Assembly (NCBI GenBank): GCA_965247115.1
Contig: CBDFGR010000002.1
Coordinates: forward strand, 1,824,001 to 1,888,000
Direction of reading: 5' to 3'
Origin: Myxococcota bacterium
Lineage (GTDB): Bacteria > Myxococcota_A > UBA9160 > SZUA-336
DNA length: 64,000 nt
How positions within the stretch are numbered: position 1 is the first letter of the stretch; each line of letters begins with the position of its first letter. Below the pieces are notes generated by a model that saw only the letters and a list, made by a program, of their open reading frames with translations, did no database searches and was not told the origin of the DNA. Both the position numbers and the translations under genes were made by a program. This document shows positions 28,327-36,955 of this stretch, in pieces.

Positions 28327-29522
28327 CGCAGCACTCCATCTTCCTTCAGTGCGCGGATCTCCTCTGGTTTGAGGTTGAGATCATCCGAAAGCACCTCGTC
28401 CGTGTGCTCGCCCAGCAGTGGGGCGCGGGCGATCGGGACGTCGCTCTCCGAGAGCCTTGGCGCGAAGCCGAGCAGCTTGACCTCGCCGTGCATGGGGTGG
28501 TCGATCGTCTTGACGAAGCCGCGCTCGACCAGGTGCGGATCGCTGTGAAGCTCCTGTGTGTCGAGGGTTGCGGAGCATGGCACGCCCGCCTTGCCGATGA
28601 TCTGCATGACCTCGTGCTTGGTGCGCTCCCGCGTCCACTTCTCGAACTCGGCGTAGAGCTCCCCGCCGTTGGCAAGGCGCTTCTCGACGGTCTCGTAGCG
28701 CGGATCGACGATCAGGTCGGGTCGGTCGATCGCCGAACAGAGCTCGTCCCAGTGACCCTCGGTCACCGGCATGAGGTACACCCAGTCGTTCGGTCCGAAT
28801 GGCCGGCAGGGGTAGAGGTCCATCGGTGGCATGCCCTGTGCGTTGCCGGAGCGAGGGGTGGCCTGTTCTCCCCAGTTTGAGCCTATCGCTACGCGAGTAC
28901 GCATGAAGTAGGTCATGGCCTCCTGCATCGAGATCTCGATCTGCTGCCCCACGCCGGTGCGTAGCCGCTGAACGTAGGCCGCAAGGATGGCCATCGCGAG
29001 CTGCACGCCGGTACCCGCGTCCCCCGTCGTCGGACCAGGGATCAACGGTGGGCCGAGGGCTTCCCCGGTAACGGAGAAGGCGCCGGCCGCCGCCTGCGCG
29101 ATCATGTCGTAGCTCTTGAACGTGGAGTAGGGCCCGTAGGTCCCGAAGCCCTTGAGGCGCGCGTAGATCAGCGCGGGATGTATGGCGCGGAGCGTCTCGT
29201 ACTCGATGTCGAGCCGCTCGACGACTCCTGGGCCGTAGTTCTCGACGAACACGTCGAAGCCCGGCAGCAGGCGCAAGAACAGGTCCCGACCCTCCGGCTT
29301 CTGCAAGTTCAGCGCGACGCTTCGCTTGTTCGCGTTCCAGTTGCAGAAGTACGCGGAGTACTCCTTGTTCGGACTCAGGCCGACTCCGCGGCCGGGGTCG
29401 CCGTGCGTCGGTGGCTCGATCTTCACCACGTCCGCGCCGAGCCACGCCAGCGCCTGTGTGCTCGACGTCCCGGCCTCGTACTGGGTCATGTCGAGGATTC
29501 TCATCCCATCCAGAGCGGGCAT
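28323..29522 (-). CDS. Family III CoA transferase (formyl-CoA transferase-like)
   Basis: LDMTQYEAG, LGADVVKIE, NANKRS, APLLGEHT. Confidence 0.92.
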   Translation of the reverse strand: MPALDGMRILDMTQYEAGTSSTQALAWLGADVVKIEPPTHGDPGRGVGLSPNKEYSAYFCNWNANKRSVALNLQKPEGRDLFLRLLPGFDVFVENYGPGVVERLDIEYETLRAIHPALIYARLKGFGTYGPYSTFKSYDMIAQAAAGAFSVTGEALGPPLIPGPTTGDAGTGVQLAMAILAAYVQRLRTGVGQQIEISMQEAMTYFMRTRVAIGSNWGEQATPRSGNAQGMPPMDLYPCRPFGPNDWVYLMPVTEGHWDELCSAIDRPDLIVDPRYETVEKRLANGGELYAEFEKWTRERTKHEVMQIIGKAGVPCSATLDTQELHSDPHLVERGFVKTIDHPMHGEVKLLGFAPRLSESDVPIARAPLLGEHTDEVLSDDLNLKPEEIRALKEDGVLR

Positions 29523-29550
29523 TCGGTCCTCCTCTTTGCTGCCTGGGAGC

Positions 29551-30351
29551 TCAGCGGCCCTTGAAGGTGGCCTTCTCCTTCTCTAGGAACGCTTTGCTGG
29601 CCTTTGCAAAGTCATCGCTGCGGCGGGTGCGCATCATTGCCTCGGCCTCCAGGTCGAGGACGTCGCGCAGATGGCCGCCAGCTTCAGCGAGGTTGATGTT
29701 CCGCTTCATGTAGCGATACGAGAGCGGCGGGCCCTCAGCCAGGCGCTGGGCGAACGAATCGACTTCCTTTCGGAAGGTGTCGCGTGCCACGACTCGGTTC
29801 ACCAGCCCCATCGCGTGCGCGTCTTCGGCCGAGATCTTCTCGGCGAGCAGCATGAGCTCGCGCGCCTTGGCGCTTCCCACCATATTCGTCAGGAAGTAGG
29901 AGCTGCCGAAGTCGCCGGTGAAACCGATTCCGGAGAAGGCCGTGCGCAGGACCGCGCCCTCCGCGGCAATCCGGAAGTCGGAGGCGAACGCCATCGAGAG
30001 CGATGCGCCCGCGGCCGCGCCGTTGATCGCGGCCAGGGTGGGCTTGGGCATGGTGTGAAGCAGCACCGAGGCCTCCTGCCGCTGCTGCAGCCCGTCGATG
30101 GACTGCTCGAGCGTTGCTTCCTCGACGTCGCCGCCTACGCCCCTGCCGCGGAGATCGGCGCCGGCGGAGAACGCCCGGTCGCCGGCTCCCGTGAGGACCA
30201 CGCACCGCACGTCGGGATCTGCCGAGGCCTCCCGCAGGTACTGGGGGAGCAGCTCCATCATCTGACCGGTGAGCGAGTTCATCTGCTCCGGCCGATTCAT
30301 CGTGATTGTGCCGATCGAGTCCTTGACCTGGTAGAGCGCGTGATCCGCCAT
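29551..30351 (-). CDS. Enoyl-CoA hydratase/isomerase
   Basis: AFSAGADL; PKPTLAAINGAAAGA. Confidence 0.92.
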   Translation of the reverse strand: MADHALYQVKDSIGTITMNRPEQMNSLTGQMMELLPQYLREASADPDVRCVVLTGAGDRAFSAGADLRGRGVGGDVEEATLEQSIDGLQQRQEASVLLHTMPKPTLAAINGAAAGASLSMAFASDFRIAAEGAVLRTAFSGIGFTGDFGSSYFLTNMVGSAKARELMLLAEKISAEDAHAMGLVNRVVARDTFRKEVDSFAQRLAEGPPLSYRYMKRNINLAEAGGHLRDVLDLEAEAMMRTRRSDDFAKASKAFLEKEKATFKGR

Positions 30352-30459
30352 GCGGTCCCTCTGTAGTGGGGGTTCATCTTAGCAGGGGGGCTGGTCGTGT
30401 CTGCTCGTCACGAGCCTTCCCCCGGAGGATCTGCCATGCCGATCGTCGAGAATGGAAGC

Positions 30460-31376
30460 TCAGACAAATCCGGGCGCTACATCTCGCATGAAGCGCTCGA
30501 CGGCCTCCAGGCGTCCGGCCACGCCGCCGCGCGCCGTGGGGTCCATGAGTAGGTGCCGGACTCCGAGCTCGCGTAGCGTGCCAACGGTGTCGGTCATCTG
30601 CTGTGGGCTGCCGGCCACTGCGAGGGCAGGGTCCATGACCCCCGCCGGGTCCAGGTAGACGCGCAGGGAGAGCGTGAGCTCGGTGCGATCGCGGCCCTCC
30701 TGCTCGCAGAGCTCGCCGATGCGACCCCACGCGTCGGCAACCTCCTGGCGTGGCTGGAACGCCGCGTGGAAGCCGTCGCCGAAGCGAACGGCGCGCCGGA
30801 ACGCGGGCTCAGTGGCCCCTCCGACCCAGAGCGGTAGCGGCTGCTGCAGGGGCTTTGGCTCGAAGCGCAGCTCGGGAAAGCGCACGTAGCGGCCCGCGTA
30901 GCCGGGGGTCTTCGAGCCGAACAGCTCCCGAAACGCTGCCAGGTACTCATCCGCGCGCGCCCCGCGGTGATCGAAGGGCATCTGGAGCAGGTCGAACTCT
31001 TCCTGCATCCAGCCGACTCCCACGCCCAGGATCAGGCGACCTCCCGAAACGACGTCGAGCGTGGCGATCTGCTTGGCCGTCTGGACCGCGGGCCGATAGC
31101 CCAGGATCAGCACCGAGGTGCCCAGGCGCAGCTGCTCGGTGCAGCCAGCCACGAAGAGCAGGGTGCCGATCGGGTCGAGCCACGGCATGTCGGGGGTGGC
31201 GCGAAGGACCCGTCCGGGCTGTACGGATAGCGGCTGCGGATCTCCGACGGCCACGCGATGTGATCGCTCACCCACGCCGCGTCGACGCCCGCGCGCTCCG
31301 CGGCGACGGCGAAGTCGATCAGGACCTCTCGCGAGACTTCACGGCCGAGCTGAGGCAGGTGGACTCCCCACTCCAT
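30460..31376 (-). pseudogene. LLM-class F420-dependent oxidoreductase (TIGR03619-like), frameshifted
   Basis: N-terminal MEWGVHLP..WVSDH..YPYSPDG and C-terminal PWLDPIGTL..GTSVLIL lie in different frames; the shift is at the G5 run at 31192-31196. Confidence 0.82.
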
Positions 31377-31505
31377 GCCTAGCTCTCCCTCACTGGTCCT
31401 GGGTTCCGTTCGCGTGATCGCGCTGCCGCCCCATTATGCCTGGGACCGCCGTCGATTGACCGCGGGTAGCCGTTCCGCTGAGACTAGCGGCTCTGGAGGA
31501 CCCTC

Positions 31506-32372
31506 TTGAGCGACACGTACGGCGTCCTTTCGGTTACGGACTCCATGGATTCCGTCGAGCTGGTAAAGGCAGCGCTTCGGCTCGAGGCGCTCGGTTACGC
31601 TGCGCTCTGGCTTCCGGAGCTCATGGGCCGCGAGCCGTTCAGTACGGCGAGCTTCTTGCTGGCGCGAACGGAGCGCCTGCGCATAGCGACGGGCATCGCG
31701 AACGTGTACTCGCGCGACGCGACCTCCACCGCGCAGGCCTCACGCACGCTGGCCGAGCTCTCTCACGGACGCTTCGTGCTTGGGCTCGGGGTGTCGCACC
31801 CGTCGATGGTCGAGCCGCGCGGGCACGAGTGGATCGCGCCCGTGACGAAGATGCGCGCGTACCTCGAGGCCGTGTCCGCTGCGAAGATCCGATCCCCCGA
31901 GCCGAGCCAGCCCGCGCCGGTGTACATCGCTGCCCACGGGCCGGGACTCCTGCGCGTTGCGGCGGAGCTCGCGGATGGAGCCAATACGTACCTGATGCCG
32001 ATCCGGCATACGACGCAGGCGCGCGCGATCCTGGGGCCGCAGAAAGCGCTGAACATCGCGCTCCCCTGCTGTCTCACTAGCGACGCCGTCGAGGCGCGGC
32101 GCGTGTCGCGCAGAGGGCTCTCTTTTTACGTGGGGCTACCTGCGTATCATCGCCAGTGGCTGACGCTTGGCTACGAGCAAGGGGATTTCGAGAACGGCGG
32201 CAGTGACCGGCTGATCGACGACCTGGTGGCCTGGGGAGATGAGGCGCAGATCCGAGCACGCATCGCTGCGCACATGGATGCGGGAGCGACACAGATCCAG
32301 CTCATCACCTACAACCCGGAGGGTGGAGCCACCCTACACTGGAAGCTCCTGGAGGCGTTGGCCAGCAGCTAG
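31506..32372 (+). CDS. LLM-class F420-dependent oxidoreductase (TIGR03620-like)
   Basis: ATGIANVY, GRFVLGLGVSH, GGSDRLIDDLVAWG. Confidence 0.9.
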   Translation: MSDTYGVLSVTDSMDSVELVKAALRLEALGYAALWLPELMGREPFSTASFLLARTERLRIATGIANVYSRDATSTAQASRTLAELSHGRFVLGLGVSHPSMVEPRGHEWIAPVTKMRAYLEAVSAAKIRSPEPSQPAPVYIAAHGPGLLRVAAELADGANTYLMPIRHTTQARAILGPQKALNIALPCCLTSDAVEARRVSRRGLSFYVGLPAYHRQWLTLGYEQGDFENGGSDRLIDDLVAWGDEAQIRARIAAHMDAGATQIQLITYNPEGGATLHWKLLEALASS

Positions 32373-33431
32373 GAACGCCCCTGCTGGGAGCCTCCTTTGC
32401 TCTACCTGGAACTGGTCCCGGGACCAGCTGTCTCGCTTTGTGAAACGCGCCATGTAGGCTGCCCCAAAGTCCTGCAGAGCTGCGTAGTGGTTGTGCCCTC
32501 GACATCGGAGCTCGATTCCGTCGACCGAGTGGCGCTTCCTCCTGGCCCATGGATCCCGGTGATGGAACTCGAGGAAGTCGCGTGAGCCGCAGCGCCGACC
32601 CTTAGGCGCGACGAATGCACATCGACCCCCGTCTCGTGCAGAGACAGAACGCTTGATGTCCGCCGGGATATGCCGAGAAGCAGTTCCAGGTCTCTGCGAC
32701 GCCTTCGTCCGCTTTCGAGGTCTCGACGTGTGGGCGAACTTCTTTCGCTTCGCGTCGTCGACCAACAGGGTGAGCGCTCGATCGAAGATCTCTGCGAGAG
32801 CGCCGTCCGGAATCTGGTGGCGCAGCAGCCCCTGTGCCTCACGGAGCTTGTCGCAAAGCGCCTGGCTGCCTGTGAACTGGATCTTATACCGCTTGGCCCC
32901 GAGTGGGATCGGAGCAGGACTCGCGCGCCCCTCGACCGGTTGGGCAGGTGCGCATGGTACCAGAGGCGGCGTCTGGACTAAGGCCGGCCTGGAGTCGGGG
33001 AGCCGTCTGATCCTCGTCGGCACGTTCGGCTTCGGCATGCGGTCAGCGAGGAGCTCCTCGATCGCGCGCTTGCTCTTGTGGCGCGTCAGCTCGATCATCT
33101 CCACGTGGTTTTCCGAAGTGAGCATAGGAGCGAGCAGCTTCGCCCCCGCCACGTGAAGCGCACCTTCACGGATTCGTTCTAGCAGCAGCGGGTACGCGAG
33201 TGCGGCTCGAGCAACGGAGATCCGGCGAAACGCCGTTGCCTCCGAGAAGTGGAGCACCTCGGTGCAATAGCCGAACATCGAGGTGCAGCGCTGTTCGAGG
33301 TATAGCCTGCGCCGATCCACTTCCGCCAAGTAGGCGAGCAGATCCGCTTCATTCTGGCGACTCTTCGCTACTAGCGTGTCGAGGGCTTGGAGCAGTGTTT
33401 GATCAGAGAAAGCCTTGAGAGAACTGTCCAT
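32334..33431 (-). CDS. DUF222-like / HNH endonuclease family protein
   Basis: N-terminal LLAYLAEVDRRRLY..SMFGYC; C-terminal SRHIPA..RDGGRC..C..LEFHH..LRCRGHN. Confidence 0.85.
   Translation of the reverse strand: MDSSLKAFSDQTLLQALDTLVAKSRQNEADLLAYLAEVDRRRLYLEQRCTSMFGYCTEVLHFSEATAFRRISVARAALAYPLLLERIREGALHVAGAKLLAPMLTSENHVEMIELTRHKSKRAIEELLADRMPKPNVPTRIRRLPDSRPALVQTPPLVPCAPAQPVEGRASPAPIPLGAKRYKIQFTGSQALCDKLREAQGLLRHQIPDGALAEIFDRALTLLVDDAKRKKFAHTSRPRKRTKASQRPGTASRHIPADIKRSVSARDGGRCAFVAPKGRRCGSRDFLEFHHRDPWARRKRHSVDGIELRCRGHNHYAALQDFGAAYMARFTKRDSWSRDQFQVEQRRLPAGAFLAAGQRLQELPV
32410..32427. repeat. Palindromic repeat, copy 1 (AACTGGTCCCGGGACCAG)
   Basis: Identical 18-mer also at 33687-33704; lies within the 3' end of the HNH gene. 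Confidence 0.9.
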
Positions 33432-33471
33432 TGGTTTCTTCCGTATGGGACCGAGAAGATGTGAGACTCGA

Positions 33472-33499
33472 ACGATAGCACGACGTATTTCGGTGTCGG
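33472..33499 (-). promoter_or_regulatory. Putative sigma-70-type promoter of the HNH gene
   Basis: Minus strand CCGACA-N16-TATCGT with extended -10 TG (GTGCTATCGT), about 40 nt before the ATG. Confidence 0.4.
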
Positions 33500-33686
33500 A
33501 GGATCGCCACGCAGAGCGATCGAAAGCGTTTGGGACTTTGGAATCAGAACTCGCTCGAACGACTTGCAGAGGGGCCCCGGCGTCTCGAGGGACGAAACAC
33601 CGGTGCGGAACTCAGCTCGACTCGTTCGAGGTCGGAAAACCTGTCAAGCGCCGGCTCGATCTTTTTTACAAGCAGGTTGCCCACGC

Positions 33687-33706
33687 AACTGGTCCCGGGA
33701 CCAGTT
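33687..33706. repeat. Palindromic repeat, copy 2 (perfect 20-bp palindrome AACTGGTCCCGGGACCAGTT)
   Basis: Self-reverse-complementary; about 255 bp upstream of the HNH start. Confidence 0.9.
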
Positions 33707-33721
33707 AGGTGATCGCCCGGG

Positions 33722-34111
33722 TTAGGAGCTCAGGCTTGCGACGATCTGGATCTCGACGAGTGCGCCGAACGCGAGCTCGCTGACGCCGATCGCCGTCCAG
33801 GTCGGATACGGCTCGGGGATGTAGCGATCCTTCACCGCCATGAACTTGGCGATGTGCTCGCCGAAGCCGACGTGATAAGTCGTGATGTCGACCACGTCGT
33901 CGAGTTTGGCTCCCGCCGCCTCGAGCACCGTCTTGACGTTTTCGAAGGCCTGCGCGAACTGCGCCTCGGGATCCTCGAGTGGCGCGCCGTCCGATCCTGA
34001 GCCGATCTGCCCGGAGCAGAAGAGCCGGTCTCCGTCCCGCACTGCAGGAGCAAAGTGGAACTGCTTGTACGTTTCCTCCATTTGCTTCGGTATCACAACA
34101 TCCTTGGCCAT
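33722..34111 (-). CDS. Rid family protein lacking the catalytic Arg (Rid4-7 type)
   Basis: FAPAVRDGDRLFCSGQIG; PTWTAIGV has Trp at the Arg position. Confidence 0.88.
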   Translation of the reverse strand: MAKDVVIPKQMEETYKQFHFAPAVRDGDRLFCSGQIGSGSDGAPLEDPEAQFAQAFENVKTVLEAAGAKLDDVVDITTYHVGFGEHIAKFMAVKDRYIPEPYPTWTAIGVSELAFGALVEIQIVASLSS

Positions 34112-34235
34112 ATTGGGTTCCCCTTTGTTCTTGAGGCATCATGATATCAGCGAGCGGGCGAAAGCAGGGGTGTGACTCCGAGCGGGCTCCAGCACATCTT
34201 CGCGATCGATGTGATGGGCCGGAGACGGGAGGGAG

Positions 34236-34901
34236 ATGATGGAGTTCCTCGAGCTGGTTCGGAACGTGCGGGCGATGCGGCGGCTCAAGCCCGATCCCGT
34301 GCCGCTGTCGGTGCTGCGCAAGGTGATCGACGCGGGAGTTCACGCGGCGAGCGGGATGAACTCGCAGCCGTGGGCGTTCGTCGCGGTTCAGGATCCAGAG
34401 GACAAGCAGTTTCTTGCGGATCACTACCGGCGCGCGATCGAGGATCAGTTCGGTGGGCCGGTGCAGGTCCGCGGGGACTCCGAAGCTGCGCGACAGTTGA
34501 GGGCGGTGCGCTACCAGATCGCTCACTTCCACGAGACACCCGTGGTGCTCCTCGTTTGCGGCCTACGCGACTGGCCGTTCGCGGTACCAGACGAGAAGCG
34601 GATCGGGTACGGGCCTCCGAACTACGGCGCGATCTATCCCTGCGTGCAGAACATGTTGCTCGCGTGCCGGGATCTCGGTCTCGGCGCGACGCTGACCACG
34701 ATGCACCAGATGTTCGAGGCGGAGCTGCACAAGCGCTTCGACATTCCCGACGAGTACGGCGTGGTGGTGATGATGCCGATCGGGTTCCCGCTGGGCCGAT
34801 TCGGTCCCGTACGCCGTCGACCCGCAGAGGACTCGACGTACTTCGACCGCTTCGGTGCGGCATCCGCTTCCCGCTGGGGCGGCGTAGTCGATGACACGTA
34901 G
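34236..34901 (+). CDS. Nitroreductase family protein
   Basis: RAMRRLKPDPVP, ASGMNSQPW, QNMLLACRDLGLG. Confidence 0.92.
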   Translation: MMEFLELVRNVRAMRRLKPDPVPLSVLRKVIDAGVHAASGMNSQPWAFVAVQDPEDKQFLADHYRRAIEDQFGGPVQVRGDSEAARQLRAVRYQIAHFHETPVVLLVCGLRDWPFAVPDEKRIGYGPPNYGAIYPCVQNMLLACRDLGLGATLTTMHQMFEAELHKRFDIPDEYGVVVMMPIGFPLGRFGPVRRRPAEDSTYFDRFGAASASRWGGVVDDT

Positions 34902-35069
34902 CGCCTCCTGAAGAGCGCTTCGCATGATGCGAGCCACGAGCATGATCTAACTCACGGCCTCAGCAGCGGGCGACGCACCTTATAATGGGCATCCCGCGCG
35001 CAGAGTGGAGTACATCGCTTGACCTCGCAGGGAACGCGCCAGTGTGAGCGAATTTGTTTTGAGCAGGAG

Positions 35070-36941
35070 GTGAGCGCCCCTCGCGCAACATTGCTTGCGG
35101 TCTCCGCGGTGCTGATCTGCGCGATCCTGGTTTCCGCAGACGTCCTCGCGAGTTACCGGCCCGAGTTGCCGGTAGCGACGCCCGCGGACGGCGCCGCGTA
35201 CCTGGTCACCGACGTCCTCCCGCGTTACGTAGAGGAGCATCCCGACCACCCCCCACTGGATTCCGATCTCGAAGTCGAGCTGGGAGAGGTCAGCGACGGC
35301 TACGTTGCTCCCAGGGAGGACGTTCCGAGCGCCAGGATCCGTCTGAAGCGGCACGGGGACCGTGGACCCGTGCGCTACTACGCCTCAGCGTTGGCCGCGA
35401 TCAATCGGTCCATCGTGGGCCATCTCAACCGTCGGGGCCTCGCCGGCATCCGGGTGCAGACAGACCCCAGCGACATCGACCCCGTTACGGGCGAGGATCG
35501 GCGGGCTCCGGGGCAGCGTTCGGTCCACCTCGACATTGCGACCGGCCGCATCAGCGGCCTTCGGGTGGTCGAGGTCGAGGCCTTTGGGCTGAGGGCTGGG
35601 GAGGAGTCCTCCTCGGATAGTCCCTTCCATCGGCGAGTCCTCGAGGGCTCGCCAATCCAGCCGCGCGACTCGGCCCGAGAGGGAACGACGGACCTGCTCC
35701 GCATCGACAAGCTCGAGGACTACGTCGCTCAGCTGAACCGATACCCGAGCCGCGCGGTCGTCGCCGAGATCACCCCTGGTTGGATCACGCCCGAGTCGAC
35801 CTACCTCGACTACAAGATCATCGAAGAGCGGCCGTGGACGCTCTACTCCCAAGTCAGCCGCTCGGGCACGGAAGAGACCCACCGCTGGCGTCAGCGGTTC
35901 GGCTTTCGCCACACACAGCTCAGGGGAGGGGACGACACCCTTCGGGTCGACTACGTCACCGGAGGCAAGTTCAAGGACGTCCACGGATTTCTCGCCTCGT
36001 ACGAATCGCCCCTCCTGGGGCAGAATCGGTTGCGCTGGCAGGCAAACCTCGAGTACGGCGAGTACGACGCGTCGGAGTTCGGGATCACCAACGCAAATCT
36101 CGCGGGGCGCCAGCACGCTGCTGGCCTTCAGCTCATCGCCAACGTCTTCCAGCATCGGCAGCTGTTCGTTGATCTCGTCGGTGAAGTTCGCTGGCAGGAC
36201 TTTGAAGTGGAGGACCAGCTCCGCAATACGGACGGCGATGAAGACATGTTCGTACCGCGGCTAATTCTCCGTTCGGAACGCCGGACCGACTCCACGCGGT
36301 TTCATCTGAACCTGGGGATCGAGCGTTCTCTGGGTGGTGGATCGAGCCTCCGGAAGAGCGATCTGCAACTCCTCGGTCGGGTGGACCCGGATGATCGGTG
36401 GAAGATCTTGCGCTGGGAAGCTGGGCTCTCGTTATTTCTCGAGCCCATCCTAGCTCGCGGGTTGCCTGGTCTCGTCGACGGGAGCAGGCGCGCGCACGAA
36501 GTCTATCTCTCCTCGAGGGGACAGGAGGCCTTCGACAATCGCCTCATCCCGCAGGAGGAGATGATCGTCGGCGGGCTCTACACGGTTCGCGGGTACCCAC
36601 AAGCGACCCTGGCGGGCGATTCCGTAGCGATGGCTTCCGCCGAGTACCGTCTGCATCTCGGACCGCTGCTGCAGCTCAAAGAGCTGCCGTTCGACTGGGA
36701 CCTGGTTCTGAGTGCGTTCGTCGATCTCGCTCGAGTTCGGCAGAGCCAGAAGGTGCCCGGAGAGGTCGAGTCCACACTCTTTGGCTCCGGTCTCGCCGTG
36801 GAGCTGCGAATCCTGAGAAACCTCCGCGTCCGGTACGACTTTGGATTTGCGCTCCGGGACCTCGAGGGTCCTGGCGGGACGCGCGACATCGTCGAAAGGG
36901 GAGATGCCGAGCACTACCTCTCCTTTACGGTTCTGTATTGA
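35070..36941 (+). CDS. TpsB (ShlB/FhaC/HecB) two-partner secretion outer-membrane transporter
   Basis: Signal peptide; loop-6 motif GGLYTVRGY; FVD motif; aromatic C-terminus; directly upstream of TpsA. Start codon uncertain. Confidence 0.85.
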   Translation: MSAPRATLLAVSAVLICAILVSADVLASYRPELPVATPADGAAYLVTDVLPRYVEEHPDHPPLDSDLEVELGEVSDGYVAPREDVPSARIRLKRHGDRGPVRYYASALAAINRSIVGHLNRRGLAGIRVQTDPSDIDPVTGEDRRAPGQRSVHLDIATGRISGLRVVEVEAFGLRAGEESSSDSPFHRRVLEGSPIQPRDSAREGTTDLLRIDKLEDYVAQLNRYPSRAVVAEITPGWITPESTYLDYKIIEERPWTLYSQVSRSGTEETHRWRQRFGFRHTQLRGGDDTLRVDYVTGGKFKDVHGFLASYESPLLGQNRLRWQANLEYGEYDASEFGITNANLAGRQHAAGLQLIANVFQHRQLFVDLVGEVRWQDFEVEDQLRNTDGDEDMFVPRLILRSERRTDSTRFHLNLGIERSLGGGSSLRKSDLQLLGRVDPDDRWKILRWEAGLSLFLEPILARGLPGLVDGSRRAHEVYLSSRGQEAFDNRLIPQEEMIVGGLYTVRGYPQATLAGDSVAMASAEYRLHLGPLLQLKELPFDWDLVLSAFVDLARVRQSQKVPGEVESTLFGSGLAVELRILRNLRVRYDFGFALRDLEGPGGTRDIVERGDAEHYLSFTVLY

Positions 36942-36955
36942 CGAGAGATCGAGAC

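Larger units (their letters stand above)
32410..33706. mobile_element. Putative palindrome-bounded HNH element
   Basis: One nuclease gene plus leader, enclosed by two identical palindromes and sitting between unrelated metabolic genes. Confidence 0.45.

Noticed and set aside
33642..33647. Minus-strand TTGACA as a -35 box
   Set aside because: No -10 hexamer at 16-18 nt spacing.
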